From the NCBI GenBank assembly GCA_043812975.1, contig JBDRLP010000026.1:1-18483 (forward strand): a stretch of 18,483 nt of DNA. The letters run 5' to 3'. The position numbers and the translations under genes are program-made. Positions 1-6,982 of this stretch are shown piece after piece. This DNA comes from Candidatus Iainarchaeum sp. GTDB lineage: Archaea > Iainarchaeota > Iainarchaeia > Iainarchaeales > Iainarchaeaceae. The number at the start of each line of letters is the position of its first letter. The stretch's first letter is position 1. The notes beneath the pieces are model-generated. The model did not search any database and was not told the origin of the DNA. It saw only the letters and a list, made by a program, of their open reading frames with translations.

Positions 1-561
1 ATTAACCTGCATGTTCACAGCCTGTTTGGAATCTATTGCGATTTTCCCGCCTTGCGAATAACCATAAAGGCTGTTTATTCCAAGATCTTTGAATTTGACT
101 TCTATTTTTTGTTCTTTGCAATAATCCAAGAGTTTGTTTAAGAGGAATTTGAAGTCATCACCTTTTATTTCAATATCAATTTTGGGCAATTCTTTTCCAG
201 CAGTTTGGGAAACATCAAACACGTTCACTGGAAAAAAGTAGGTTCGGGAAACTTCTTTTTCCTTGCCGCTAGAATCTTTTTCAACAACTTTTTTGGTTGA
301 AGGAGCAAGGATTTTAATAGCTTTAGAACCAGCTTTCACATGGCGTTCGAGTTCGTTCCATTTCCTGAAACCGGCAACACGAGAAGCACTACTATTCTGA
401 ACATGAATAAGTAATTGATTGCGGTAAGAGTACCTCCAAAACTTTGCCATGGAATCCAAGTACTCTTTGAAAAAACTTGATTTGCGGACAGCATCAGTTT
501 CATCAGTCAACTGCGAAACAGATTGTTCCACCATTTTATCAAGATTAGAAAGAGGATTCAT
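1..561 (-). CDS. ArdC-like ssDNA-binding (ArdcN/DUF1738-type) protein, 3'-truncated by the window edge; not in ORF track
   Basis: Manual translation from ATG at 561 gives MNPLSNLDKMVEQ...FWRYSYRNQLLIHVQ...SRVAGFRKWNELERHVKAGSKAIKILAP...FFPVNVFDVSQT, open to base 1. YS..N.LLI..Q, AGF..W....R.V.KG.K.I.I.AP and VFDVSQT are hallmark ArdC N-terminal motifs. ATGA overlap with the upstream gene. Confidence 0.88.
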   Translation of the reverse strand, partial: MNPLSNLDKMVEQSVSQLTDETDAVRKSSFFKEYLDSMAKFWRYSYRNQLLIHVQNSSASRVAGFRKWNELERHVKAGSKAIKILAPSTKKVVEKDSSGKEKEVSRTYFFPVNVFDVSQTAGKELPKIDIEIKGDDFKFLLNKLLDYCKEQKIEVKFKDLGINSLYGYSQGGKIAIDSKQAVNMQVN

Positions 562-758
562 TTAGAACCCTCCACTTTAATCTTTTGTATTTCAAAATCA
601 AGCATCTTATTCAACGAATTAGTTAACGATTGCTTGACTTGAAGCAAGTCTTCTCCCTCATTCAGCTCGGCAGTAGCGGAAAGACCAAAGCCTTTGGATT
701 CGTAATTCCCCATATTCAATTTCTGGGAAACACTAACATTGATTTCTTTGATTTTCAT
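558..758 (-). CDS. Small hypothetical protein (66 aa) with NxGNYES motif, typical of viral/mobile-element proteins
   Basis: ORF track. GAGGTGA SD upstream. ATGA overlaps with both neighbours. Confidence 0.8.
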   Translation of the reverse strand: MKIKEINVSVSQKLNMGNYESKGFGLSATAELNEGEDLLQVKQSLTNSLNKMLDFEIQKIKVEGSK

Positions 759-1009
759 GCTTTCACCTCGTTTAAAATATACTTGTTTTGCGTGTTGAGC
801 TCTTTCTGTTCAATAGGATCTAGCTCTTTTTGCGTTAACTCGTATTTACCGCACGAAGAACACTCATAAGTCGTGCTAATTGCAGGAGTCTCAGAACACA
901 ACCTGATACTGCTCCCTCTTTTCTCCAGCATAACCAGAGTCTCAGTAGCCCTGAAAAAATGATCACCACTACAATGAGGACAAACAACTTTACGATTACG
1001 AAAAATCAT
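755..1009 (-). CDS. Zinc-ribbon protein (84 aa)
   Basis: CPHC...CSSCG motif. GAGGGA upstream. ATGA overlaps at both ends. Confidence 0.8.
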   Translation of the reverse strand: MIFRNRKVVCPHCSGDHFFRATETLVMLEKRGSSIRLCSETPAISTTYECSSCGKYELTQKELDPIEQKELNTQNKYILNEVKA

Positions 1010-1110
1010 TGTGAATCCCTCTTTTTGAAAAAAGCCATATCACGAAAGGTACGACTTTCTCCGAAAGGATTACCCCTTTGCGAAACTTTAGTTTGATAAT
1101 GAAAACTCAT
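1006..1110 (-). CDS. 34-aa micro-ORF, first gene of the ArdC operon
   Basis: MSFHYQTKVSQRGNPFGESRTFRDMAFFKKRDSQ*. Strong SD GGAGGTGG 7 nt upstream. The stop overlaps the next ATG (ATGA). Confidence 0.65.
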   Translation of the reverse strand: MSFHYQTKVSQRGNPFGESRTFRDMAFFKKRDSQ

Positions 1111-1117
1111 TTTTGAA

Positions 1118-1274
1118 CCACCTCCAAGCGATAAAAGAGTTTTTTTCATGAAGACGACTCGCAGGGTTTGGAGATATTATAGCTTTAGGCGACAGCCGAC
1201 CCCGAAGGGGGAAAGCTATAAATCGAGAAACACTGAGGCGTAATGAAAAAAACGAAAAAAGCTTGGGGGTACGG
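1118..1274 (+). promoter_or_regulatory. Long imperfect inverted repeat (hairpin) built from two BRE/TATA+SD units
   Basis: Paired blocks are ACCTCCAAGC(1120-1129)/GCTTGGGGGT(1261-1270), GTTTTTTTCAT(1139-1149)/ATGAAAAAAAC(1243-1253), ACGACTC/GAGGCGT, CAGGGTTT/AAACACTG, GAT/ATC and TTATAGCTTT/AAAGCTATAA. The apical loop contains CCCCGAAGGGG. The structure is seen directly; function is inferred. Confidence 0.75.
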
Positions 1275-1351
1275 AAAGGAGTTTAAAACTTTTCTAACTC
1301 AAATCAATGTATAAAATATGCTTTTCAAAAAAACAAAAAAGGAGTGATTGA

Positions 1352-1798
1352 ATGAATAAAAAACAAGTAGGACTAGGCCTAATTTTCGCCTCGCTTCTCA
1401 TAATAGGGGCTTCAACCTATGGCGGAACAAACGGCAAACCATTCGAAGAAATATGGAATGCGATAGATAATCTCCAAAACCAAATTAACAATATTGAACT
1501 GACTACAGGACCTATCGGACCTCCGGGAGAACAAGGATCTCAAGGTGAACAAGGACCAACTGGCTCTGAAGGACCACAGGGACCTCCCGGAATAACTGAA
1601 ACAAGAATAGCCCAATCAATGGCAAACGGACCAGCAACCCTGAGTTGCAACCCCGATGAAATCGCTATCAGCGGTTCATTCGACAATACCTTCGCATATG
1701 AGAGAGGAGCATTCTACCCGATTAATGAACGAACTTGGAACTGGAATGGTCAATATCAAGCAAGGTTATATCTTATCTGTGCCAAAATAACAGAATAG
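1352..1798 (+). CDS. Secreted/membrane collagen-like protein
   Basis: N-terminal hydrophobic signal, short coiled coil, 9 Gly-X-Y triplets (GPIGPPGEQGSQGEQGPTGSEGPQGPPG) and a C-terminal domain with two Cys. GGAGTGA SD. Confidence 0.85.
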   Translation: MNKKQVGLGLIFASLLIIGASTYGGTNGKPFEEIWNAIDNLQNQINNIELTTGPIGPPGEQGSQGEQGPTGSEGPQGPPGITETRIAQSMANGPATLSCNPDEIAISGSFDNTFAYERGAFYPINERTWNWNGQYQARLYLICAKITE

Positions 1799-1894
1799 TA
1801 AAACCAAGCTAGGGAGCCAATAAGTTTGTCCGATTATGCGATTCACTAGATATAAAAAATGCGTGACCCCCGATAAGCTACCTGCAAACAAGAG

Positions 1895-1960
1895 GAAGGG
1901 TTTAAGCCGAAAAAGACCCAAGACGAAATGAAAAAAAACGAGGAAGCTTGGAGGTGGAAA
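1895..1960 (+). repeat. Diverged direct copy of the hairpin right arm (1211-1277)
   Basis: GAAGGGTTTAAGCCGAAAAAGAC...AATGAAAAAAAACGAGGAAGCTTGGAGGTGGAAA versus GAAAGCTATAAATCGAGAAACAC...AATGAAAAAAACGAAAAAAGCTTGGGGGTACGGAAA. Confidence 0.75.
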
Positions 1961-1997
1961 TAATTTTAATTGTTTTATGGGTAATCTTAGTGATTAA

Positions 1998-2519
1998 ATG
2001 ATTAATTTACTTGAGAAAAATAATAAAAAACATGCAAAACGCAAATTTAAACAAGAATTAAAACGTTTGATAAAACTTAGAAATAATAGCAAAGATGACA
2101 AAGAATTTCAAAAATACCAAATTAACATAAACGAACTTTCACAACAACAGTATGGAGGAATACAAACAGTTCAAAAGAATTTTACTAAATGCCCAATTTG
2201 TGGAAAACCCCTATTTACGACCCCTGATTCTAAGTTTCAATGTAAAAACAGAAATTGTAGATTATATCTTGAAGAAATAAGTAGATGGAAGGCTCAATTT
2301 GGGTATGAGGCCAATCAAAAAACAACCAATCAATATAGAAAAAACTGTATAGATACAATCATTACTGCCAAAGAAGGACATAAGTTTTTACATTGGCTAA
2401 CAAAAGAAAGAAAACCTTATTATGATCAAAGACCAGAATTTTTCACTTGGGCAACCAAGAATACAGATTATGATATTCAATATACTGCTAAAAAATTAGA
2501 AACATTAATACACAAATAA
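1998..2519 (+). CDS. Basic hypothetical protein with a central zinc ribbon
   Basis: ORF track, 173 aa. CPICG...CKNRNC motif. Lys-rich N-terminus and visibly AT-rich DNA. Confidence 0.75.
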   Translation: MINLLEKNNKKHAKRKFKQELKRLIKLRNNSKDDKEFQKYQININELSQQQYGGIQTVQKNFTKCPICGKPLFTTPDSKFQCKNRNCRLYLEEISRWKAQFGYEANQKTTNQYRKNCIDTIITAKEGHKFLHWLTKERKPYYDQRPEFFTWATKNTDYDIQYTAKKLETLIHK

Positions 2520-2601
2520 ACTTAACTAAAAAAACTATGAAAGCGGGGAATTAAAAATAATACTGCAAATAATTTTGTTTTTATTGGAAAAACAAGTTGA
2601 A

Positions 2602-3429
2602 TTAGTTTTCTAAACAACAAAGTTGTCCGCTAGGGCAGTCTTTTTGTCCTACATCAAGATATTCCGAGCAACTACTACTGCATGCAAATGGAGCATTACA
2701 TTGATTCATTAGTTCTTCAGTTTGTTTTTTACTTTCATCCATTAGTTCATCCATCTGTTCATCTTGTTGGTCTTTAAGGGTTGTGTCTTTACCAATATCT
2801 GTGACTCTGTCAAGAGACACTATTATTTTTGTTATACTTAACCAATCACCTTTAATCTCTAATTTTAACCCTGATGCGTCTTCAGGCAATTCAAAAACCT
2901 CTGCCCCCTCAACCCCAAGACCAGGCTGTAGTTGTTCACCAAAAGATAACCCATCAGCAATATACATTGAAGCGACTGAATATTTATCAAACTCTCTGCC
3001 TTCAGAATCAATTAGTGTAAGTCTAGTGCTAAAAATATTCTTGCTCTTGTTCGATTCATTTGTTATTACAAGATACACTTTAACGAATTTTCCAGTAGTT
3101 TCTTTTTTCAAAAAGCTAGTTCCCATTTCAGTAAAACTCTCAGCTTTAACAACCTTATATGACAAATCATCAACCATAACAATTTCACTTAACCCTGCAG
3201 TTTTATCAACAGGCTCAGGTTCTACTTCAACTTCTGGCTCAGGCTGACTTGGTGTTTCAGTAGAACTTTCATTTTGAGGTTGTACCTGATTTATCGGACA
3301 ACTTTCAACATTCCCAGCATAACTACCATCAGAACATTTCACTGATTGCTGAGATTGACTAGAAGTACACCCACTCAAAACAACAAACGCCAACAATATT
3401 ACAATTAACAAACTTTTCAATAAAACCAC
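2602..3429 (-). CDS. Lipoprotein with DUF4352-like Ig-fold domain and Cys-rich C-terminus
   Basis: VLSGC lipobox and P/E linker. GKFVKVYLVITNES...LIDSEGREF...LQPG...VFELP matches the DUF4352 pattern. C-terminus CNAPFAC...C...CPSGQLCC. Confidence 0.8.
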   Translation of the reverse strand: MVLLKSLLIVILLAFVVLSGCTSSQSQQSVKCSDGSYAGNVESCPINQVQPQNESSTETPSQPEPEVEVEPEPVDKTAGLSEIVMVDDLSYKVVKAESFTEMGTSFLKKETTGKFVKVYLVITNESNKSKNIFSTRLTLIDSEGREFDKYSVASMYIADGLSFGEQLQPGLGVEGAEVFELPEDASGLKLEIKGDWLSITKIIVSLDRVTDIGKDTTLKDQQDEQMDELMDESKKQTEELMNQCNAPFACSSSCSEYLDVGQKDCPSGQLCCLEN

Positions 3430-3455
3430 TAAACTAAAGGTACTAGGATAATCAT

Positions 3456-3620
3456 TTAAAACCTTTTCAAACCATCAACAAGTTCTTTGGAACCTTCAAG
3501 TCCTACGCCTTCATAACCGCACTTGCAAGCAATGTTCCATTTTTTGGATTTACCAATAGCGAAAGTTGCCTGAACATCAAACGTAAAACATTTAGGGCAA
3601 AACAGTTTCCAATCACTCAT
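3456..3620 (-). CDS. 54-aa zinc-ribbon micro-protein; not in ORF track
   Basis: MSDWKLFCPKCFTFDVQATFAIGKSKKWNIACKCGYEGVGLEGSKELVDGLKRF*. CPxC...CxCG motif and purine-rich SD GAGGAAGTG. Confidence 0.75.
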   Translation of the reverse strand: MSDWKLFCPKCFTFDVQATFAIGKSKKWNIACKCGYEGVGLEGSKELVDGLKRF

Positions 3621-3711
3621 TAAACAACACTTCCTCTGAAAAAATTGAAACTAAAAAAGCTCTTATATTCTATGCATTTTCTTCCTGTTTTCTGAGCTTG
3701 TTTTATCGAAT

Positions 3712-3869
3712 GGGACATTTTTGGTTTCTCCTTTGCCTAATATTTAGCCTGTGGTTACTTTGTTATTCTCAAAAAGCTTGTTTTGGGTTTCTTTTTTCTT
3801 TTGTGTCTTTTTTCACCTTGTTTTTTACGGGACATTTGCGGGACATTTCCAACAGGTTCGGGACAGTTT
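3712..3869. repeat. Cluster of (C)GGGACA(T/G)TT direct repeats
   Basis: Copies at 3712-3720, 3828-3837, 3839-3848 and 3859-3868. Confidence 0.7.
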
Positions 3870-4849
3870 TATTTGGTGAGTTCGTATCGTACGTTTTTTG
3901 CTTTGCCTTCTTTTTTCACCAAACCTTTGTCGATTAGTTGGTTGAGGTCTCTTGTAGTAGTTTTTTTTGTTATTCCAAAATGATCTTCTAATTGTTTCCT
4001 TAAAACACTCCCTTGCTTTTGAAGAAAATTAAGGATTTTTATTTGCCTTTCATTCAAACCGATTTCTTGAAGATTTATTTCTCCAGTGGGTTTGACTAAA
4101 TCTAAAATCCTGTTCCGGGGACCGAAAAAAGTTACTTTGAAGTAAGCATGAGTAATGGTGAAAACTGGTTTTTTGAGACCATGAATCAGCATTAGTTCTT
4201 CCATTCTTTTCAACCCCGAACCTACTTTTTCAATATACTCGATTTTTCTGAACAACTCTACTATGCGATGGTTACGTGGATGACTTGTTCCATAAACTTC
4301 ATTAAGACTTAATCCTTCAGGAATAGTTCCCGGAGAAATGACTTCAATCTTATCATCAAAAATATTGACAAAAATATTGTTTTGTAAAAAATAATCACGA
4401 TGACAAACCGCGTTAATTATTGCTTCCCTTATCGCATTGTAAGGGTATTCTTCAATGTTGACTCTTTTAAAATCCTGAAACTTATACGCTAATTTCGTGT
4501 GCCTTCTTACAAAAGCCTCGGCTTCATTAGCCAGTTCAATTAAACTTCCTTTCAAATCTTTCCTATCAACTATTGAAACCATTGAATTGCCCTGATAGCG
4601 AACACAAGTAATGTAATTTTGTTTTACAAACCTTTGAGGTTCCCGTGCAAAAAACATTACCCCCGTATTATTAATTGAAAATTCTTTTCCATCAAACTCT
4701 CCACAACCAAGCAAAGAAAGAGCCTGTTCCTTTCCCACAGAACCGTTTTCGCCAATCATCTCCAAATAATAATGGAATTCACTTTCGTCAAAATCAACCC
4801 CAAGGTTAAAACTTTCGTTTAATTGCTCATCAAATTTTTCAGCATCCAT
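3869..4849 (-). CDS. COG2865-like protein (HATPase_c_4/RecG-C-like domain + C-terminal winged HTH) lacking the usual N-terminal AlbA_2/Schlafen domain
   Basis: EYPYNAIREAIINAVCHRDY, IFDDKIEVISPG, S.PRN..I...F, IEKVGSG and C-terminal LNERQ..IL...TTTRDL..L..KGL...G.....Y. TATA-like TTTTAATA ~25 bp upstream of the ATG. Confidence 0.85.
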   Translation of the reverse strand: MDAEKFDEQLNESFNLGVDFDESEFHYYLEMIGENGSVGKEQALSLLGCGEFDGKEFSINNTGVMFFAREPQRFVKQNYITCVRYQGNSMVSIVDRKDLKGSLIELANEAEAFVRRHTKLAYKFQDFKRVNIEEYPYNAIREAIINAVCHRDYFLQNNIFVNIFDDKIEVISPGTIPEGLSLNEVYGTSHPRNHRIVELFRKIEYIEKVGSGLKRMEELMLIHGLKKPVFTITHAYFKVTFFGPRNRILDLVKPTGEINLQEIGLNERQIKILNFLQKQGSVLRKQLEDHFGITKKTTTRDLNQLIDKGLVKKEGKAKNVRYELTK

Positions 4850-4909
4850 TAGAATAATGCCTCTTGCGTTTATTAAAAACTTTTTTTGACCCGAACCCCG
4901 TACAACAAG

Positions 4910-4955
4910 TCAAACAAGATTTATATAAGTCGAGAACACGTGTTGTTTGAGGTGG
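4910..4955 (+). promoter_or_regulatory. Archaeal promoter (TTTATATA) bracketed by an 8-bp inverted repeat, plus SD
   Basis: TCAAACAA(4910-4917)...TTTATATAA...TTGTTTGA(4943-4950). GAGGTGG precedes ATG 4964. Confidence 0.6.
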
Positions 4956-4963
4956 AACCAAAA

Positions 4964-5233
4964 ATGGATATTACAAAAGAATGCAGTATTTCTGCAAAGC
5001 ACGGTTTTGATTCACAGGGAGAAAACCTTTTTGTTGTTCTTGATGTTGTTGCAAAAAACGGTGACATGATTAAAATAAACAAGATTGATGGAATAAGGTA
5101 CAACGAACTCTTGAGTGCTTTTGAAAGCCCTAAACATGAAGAACACCCGATTATTGATGATGAAAGCAAGATAATTGTAATTGGTGGCGATGAAAAGAAA
5201 AGTGCGAGAAGCATCTGTGTTATTGGCAAGTAA
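4964..5233 (+). CDS. Hypothetical protein (89 aa; start revised from 4886)
   Basis: ATG at 4964 follows a GAGGTGG SD and a TATA box. Confidence 0.7.
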   Translation: MDITKECSISAKHGFDSQGENLFVVLDVVAKNGDMIKINKIDGIRYNELLSAFESPKHEEHPIIDDESKIIVIGGDEKKSARSICVIGK

Positions 5234-5363
5234 CTATTTTTTTATGTAAAAGTTCTTTTATTTCTTTGAGGACTTCTAGTTGCTTTTCTTGAATCGCATT
5301 ATTTTTCTCTATTGCTTTTCTTATCTTTCTTGCAATTATTGCATTCATTAATCCGTCTGACAA
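5220..5363 (-). CDS. 47-aa coiled-coil micro-ORF directly after integrase 1
   Basis: TTG abuts the integrase TGA (alternative ATG at 5348). (M)SDGLMNAIIARKIRKAIEKNNAIQEKQLEVLKEIKELLHKKIVTCQ*. Confidence 0.5.
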   Translation of the reverse strand: MSDGLMNAIIARKIRKAIEKNNAIQEKQLEVLKEIKELLHKKIVTCQ

Positions 5364-6623
5364 TCACATCGCCTTCTCAGGGTCTTGTCTTGTTCTTTCC
5401 AATTTGTCTACCATTTTTTTCATGAATTTGTTGAATGTTTTCATGTCCACTCCTTCTTTTTCCAAGTGTTCAGAGTTGTCTATTGCGGCTTGTGTGAAAT
5501 CAAGTGCCTTGAGTTTGGCATCCTGTTGAATCTCTAAAGCTGTTTTTGTTGTTATAGCACCACCGCATTGGTGGCATAATCTGTTGTGTGCGGGATTTAT
5601 TGTCGTGCATCTTGGGCATGCTATTTGTGTAAAACGTGTTTCTTTATGTTCTGGTGTTTTTATTCCATGCATTTCGAGAATTGTAGAGTCCATGCTTTCG
5701 CCTGAAAGATGAATATATCTTGAAGGCATTTTGCTCCCGTATACCCAACCCATGTATTGATCTAACTGTGATTCCTTGAGTTTTAATGAAAGTGCTGTGG
5801 CTCTACTGTGCCTGAATATATGTGGGTTCGTTCTTTTTTTGATGTCCGCTTTTTTGAAAAGCCCTCTAATCATTTTCTTTATGCGAGAATAACTCATTAC
5901 CTTTGGCTCGGACTTGCTTATGTCCCCCCAAAGTATTACCCATAGCGGTGCTTCCCTATTGTCTTTGAAAGGATGTTCTTCCAGCCACCTTGAAAGGCTG
6001 GTGGTTGAGGTCAGCAGTGGTATTCTTCTTTGCCCAGTCTTACCGTTAACTATTATCGAAGTCAAGTACTTTGAGAAAGTCACGTTTTTGATTTGTAATG
6101 TTAAAAGTTCTCCTATTCTACAACCACTTTCGTAGAGTGTTGAAATGAATGCTTTGTCCCTTGTTGTTCTGGCTGTTTCAATAAGTTTTATTACTTCTTC
6201 TTCCGTGAGAATATCTTCGGGCAATATTTTGTTTCTTGGTTCCTTAACCTTGAGCCATTTGATACAAGCTGGGTATTCATCCTCTGTATTATGCATCCAC
6301 TTATAGAATTTTTTTAGTACTACTTTCTGGTCATATTTTGTCCAAGCCGCATGACTCTTGTTTGCTTCTATTTTTCGGACTAGCTCTACTAAGTCAGTTT
6401 TATCACATTTCCTGAATGGCTTGTTTTTTAACCTTGCCAGACCTCTTAAAACATACACTTGTTTGTTGAGCCTTATTGTTTTTATGCCTAATGCGCCCAT
6501 TTCGTTTACAAAATTAGTTATGTCTTCAATGTCCTTCTTGTTAAACTCGGTGCTTTTATTGAGAATTCCAAGTGCTCTTTCAAAGCGCTCGGAAGAATTA
6601 TAGATGTCTATATCCAGTGTCAC
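5364..6623 (-). CDS. Tyrosine recombinase/integrase with C-terminal zinc ribbon
   Basis: Catalytic set ESGCRIGE (R), GKTG (K), HIFRHS (HxxR), MGW, RYIHL (Y). CPRC...CHQC tail. Adjacent to a tRNA. Confidence 0.95.
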   Translation of the reverse strand: MTLDIDIYNSSERFERALGILNKSTEFNKKDIEDITNFVNEMGALGIKTIRLNKQVYVLRGLARLKNKPFRKCDKTDLVELVRKIEANKSHAAWTKYDQKVVLKKFYKWMHNTEDEYPACIKWLKVKEPRNKILPEDILTEEEVIKLIETARTTRDKAFISTLYESGCRIGELLTLQIKNVTFSKYLTSIIVNGKTGQRRIPLLTSTTSLSRWLEEHPFKDNREAPLWVILWGDISKSEPKVMSYSRIKKMIRGLFKKADIKKRTNPHIFRHSRATALSLKLKESQLDQYMGWVYGSKMPSRYIHLSGESMDSTILEMHGIKTPEHKETRFTQIACPRCTTINPAHNRLCHQCGGAITTKTALEIQQDAKLKALDFTQAAIDNSEHLEKEGVDMKTFNKFMKKMVDKLERTRQDPEKAM

Positions 6624-6735
6624 TTTACATCATCTCCATAGTTTTAAACAAGCTACGGATACCTATGGAACCCATAGAATATATGGCTACCAAAGGTTTT
6701 TTAAAGATGTTGGGGGACTAACCCAAAAAATACCA

Positions 6736-6928
6736 TCCCCCCTCCCGGATTTGCACCGGGGATCTTCCGGTAACCGCACAAGCGATTATTTTTGCCTCCT
6801 ATTTTATGGAGGTAATTTCAACGCGAAGCCTGCTCTCTTTCTTTTTGGTCAAGCTTTTTCCTTTCTCCGCAGGAGAAAGAAAAAGGTTGTTCTACAGCCG
6901 GACGCTTTAGCTACTAAGCTAAGGGGGG
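6736..6928 (-). tRNA. tRNA-Tyr(GUA) with a 120-nt BHB intron at 37/38 (intron 6772-6891)
   Basis: 5' exon 6928-6892 CCCCCCT TA GCTT AGTAGCTA AAGC G TCCGG CT GTA G; 3' exon 6771-6736 A CCGGA AGATC CCCGG TGCAAAT CCGGG AGGGGGG A. C1:G72 and A73. BHB: CUGU/GCGG helix, bulges AG|A and UU|A, outer helix ACAA/UUGU. Confidence 0.93.
6836..6889 (-). repeat. Palindromic short element inside the tRNA-Tyr intron
   Basis: CAACCTTTTTCTTTCTCC-TGC-GGAGAAAGGAAAAAGCTTGACCAAAAAGAAAGA; homologous to 16055-16105. Confidence 0.7.
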
Positions 6929-6982
6929 ATTAACTCCCTTTTGGGTCCGAATAGAAATTAACTGAACTTACATTATTAAACC

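Larger units (their letters stand above)
1..6735. mobile_element. Integrative element 1 at the 3' end of tRNA-Tyr; distal end outside the window
   Basis: An intact integrase starts ~110 bp downstream of the tRNA-Tyr 3' end and is followed by accessory genes including ArdC. No duplicated tRNA-Tyr 3' end was seen in the window, so the left boundary is not defined. Confidence 0.7.

Noticed and set aside
1..6735. Calling element 1 a provirus or conjugative element
   Set aside because: No capsid, packaging, relaxase or T4SS gene is visible in the window, and the second att site was not seen.
6604..6933. 109-aa + strand ORF
   Set aside because: Antisense to tRNA-Tyr and the integrase promoter; spurious. 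The same applies to 15365-15574 and 15975-16232 over tRNA-Thr and tRNA-Glu.
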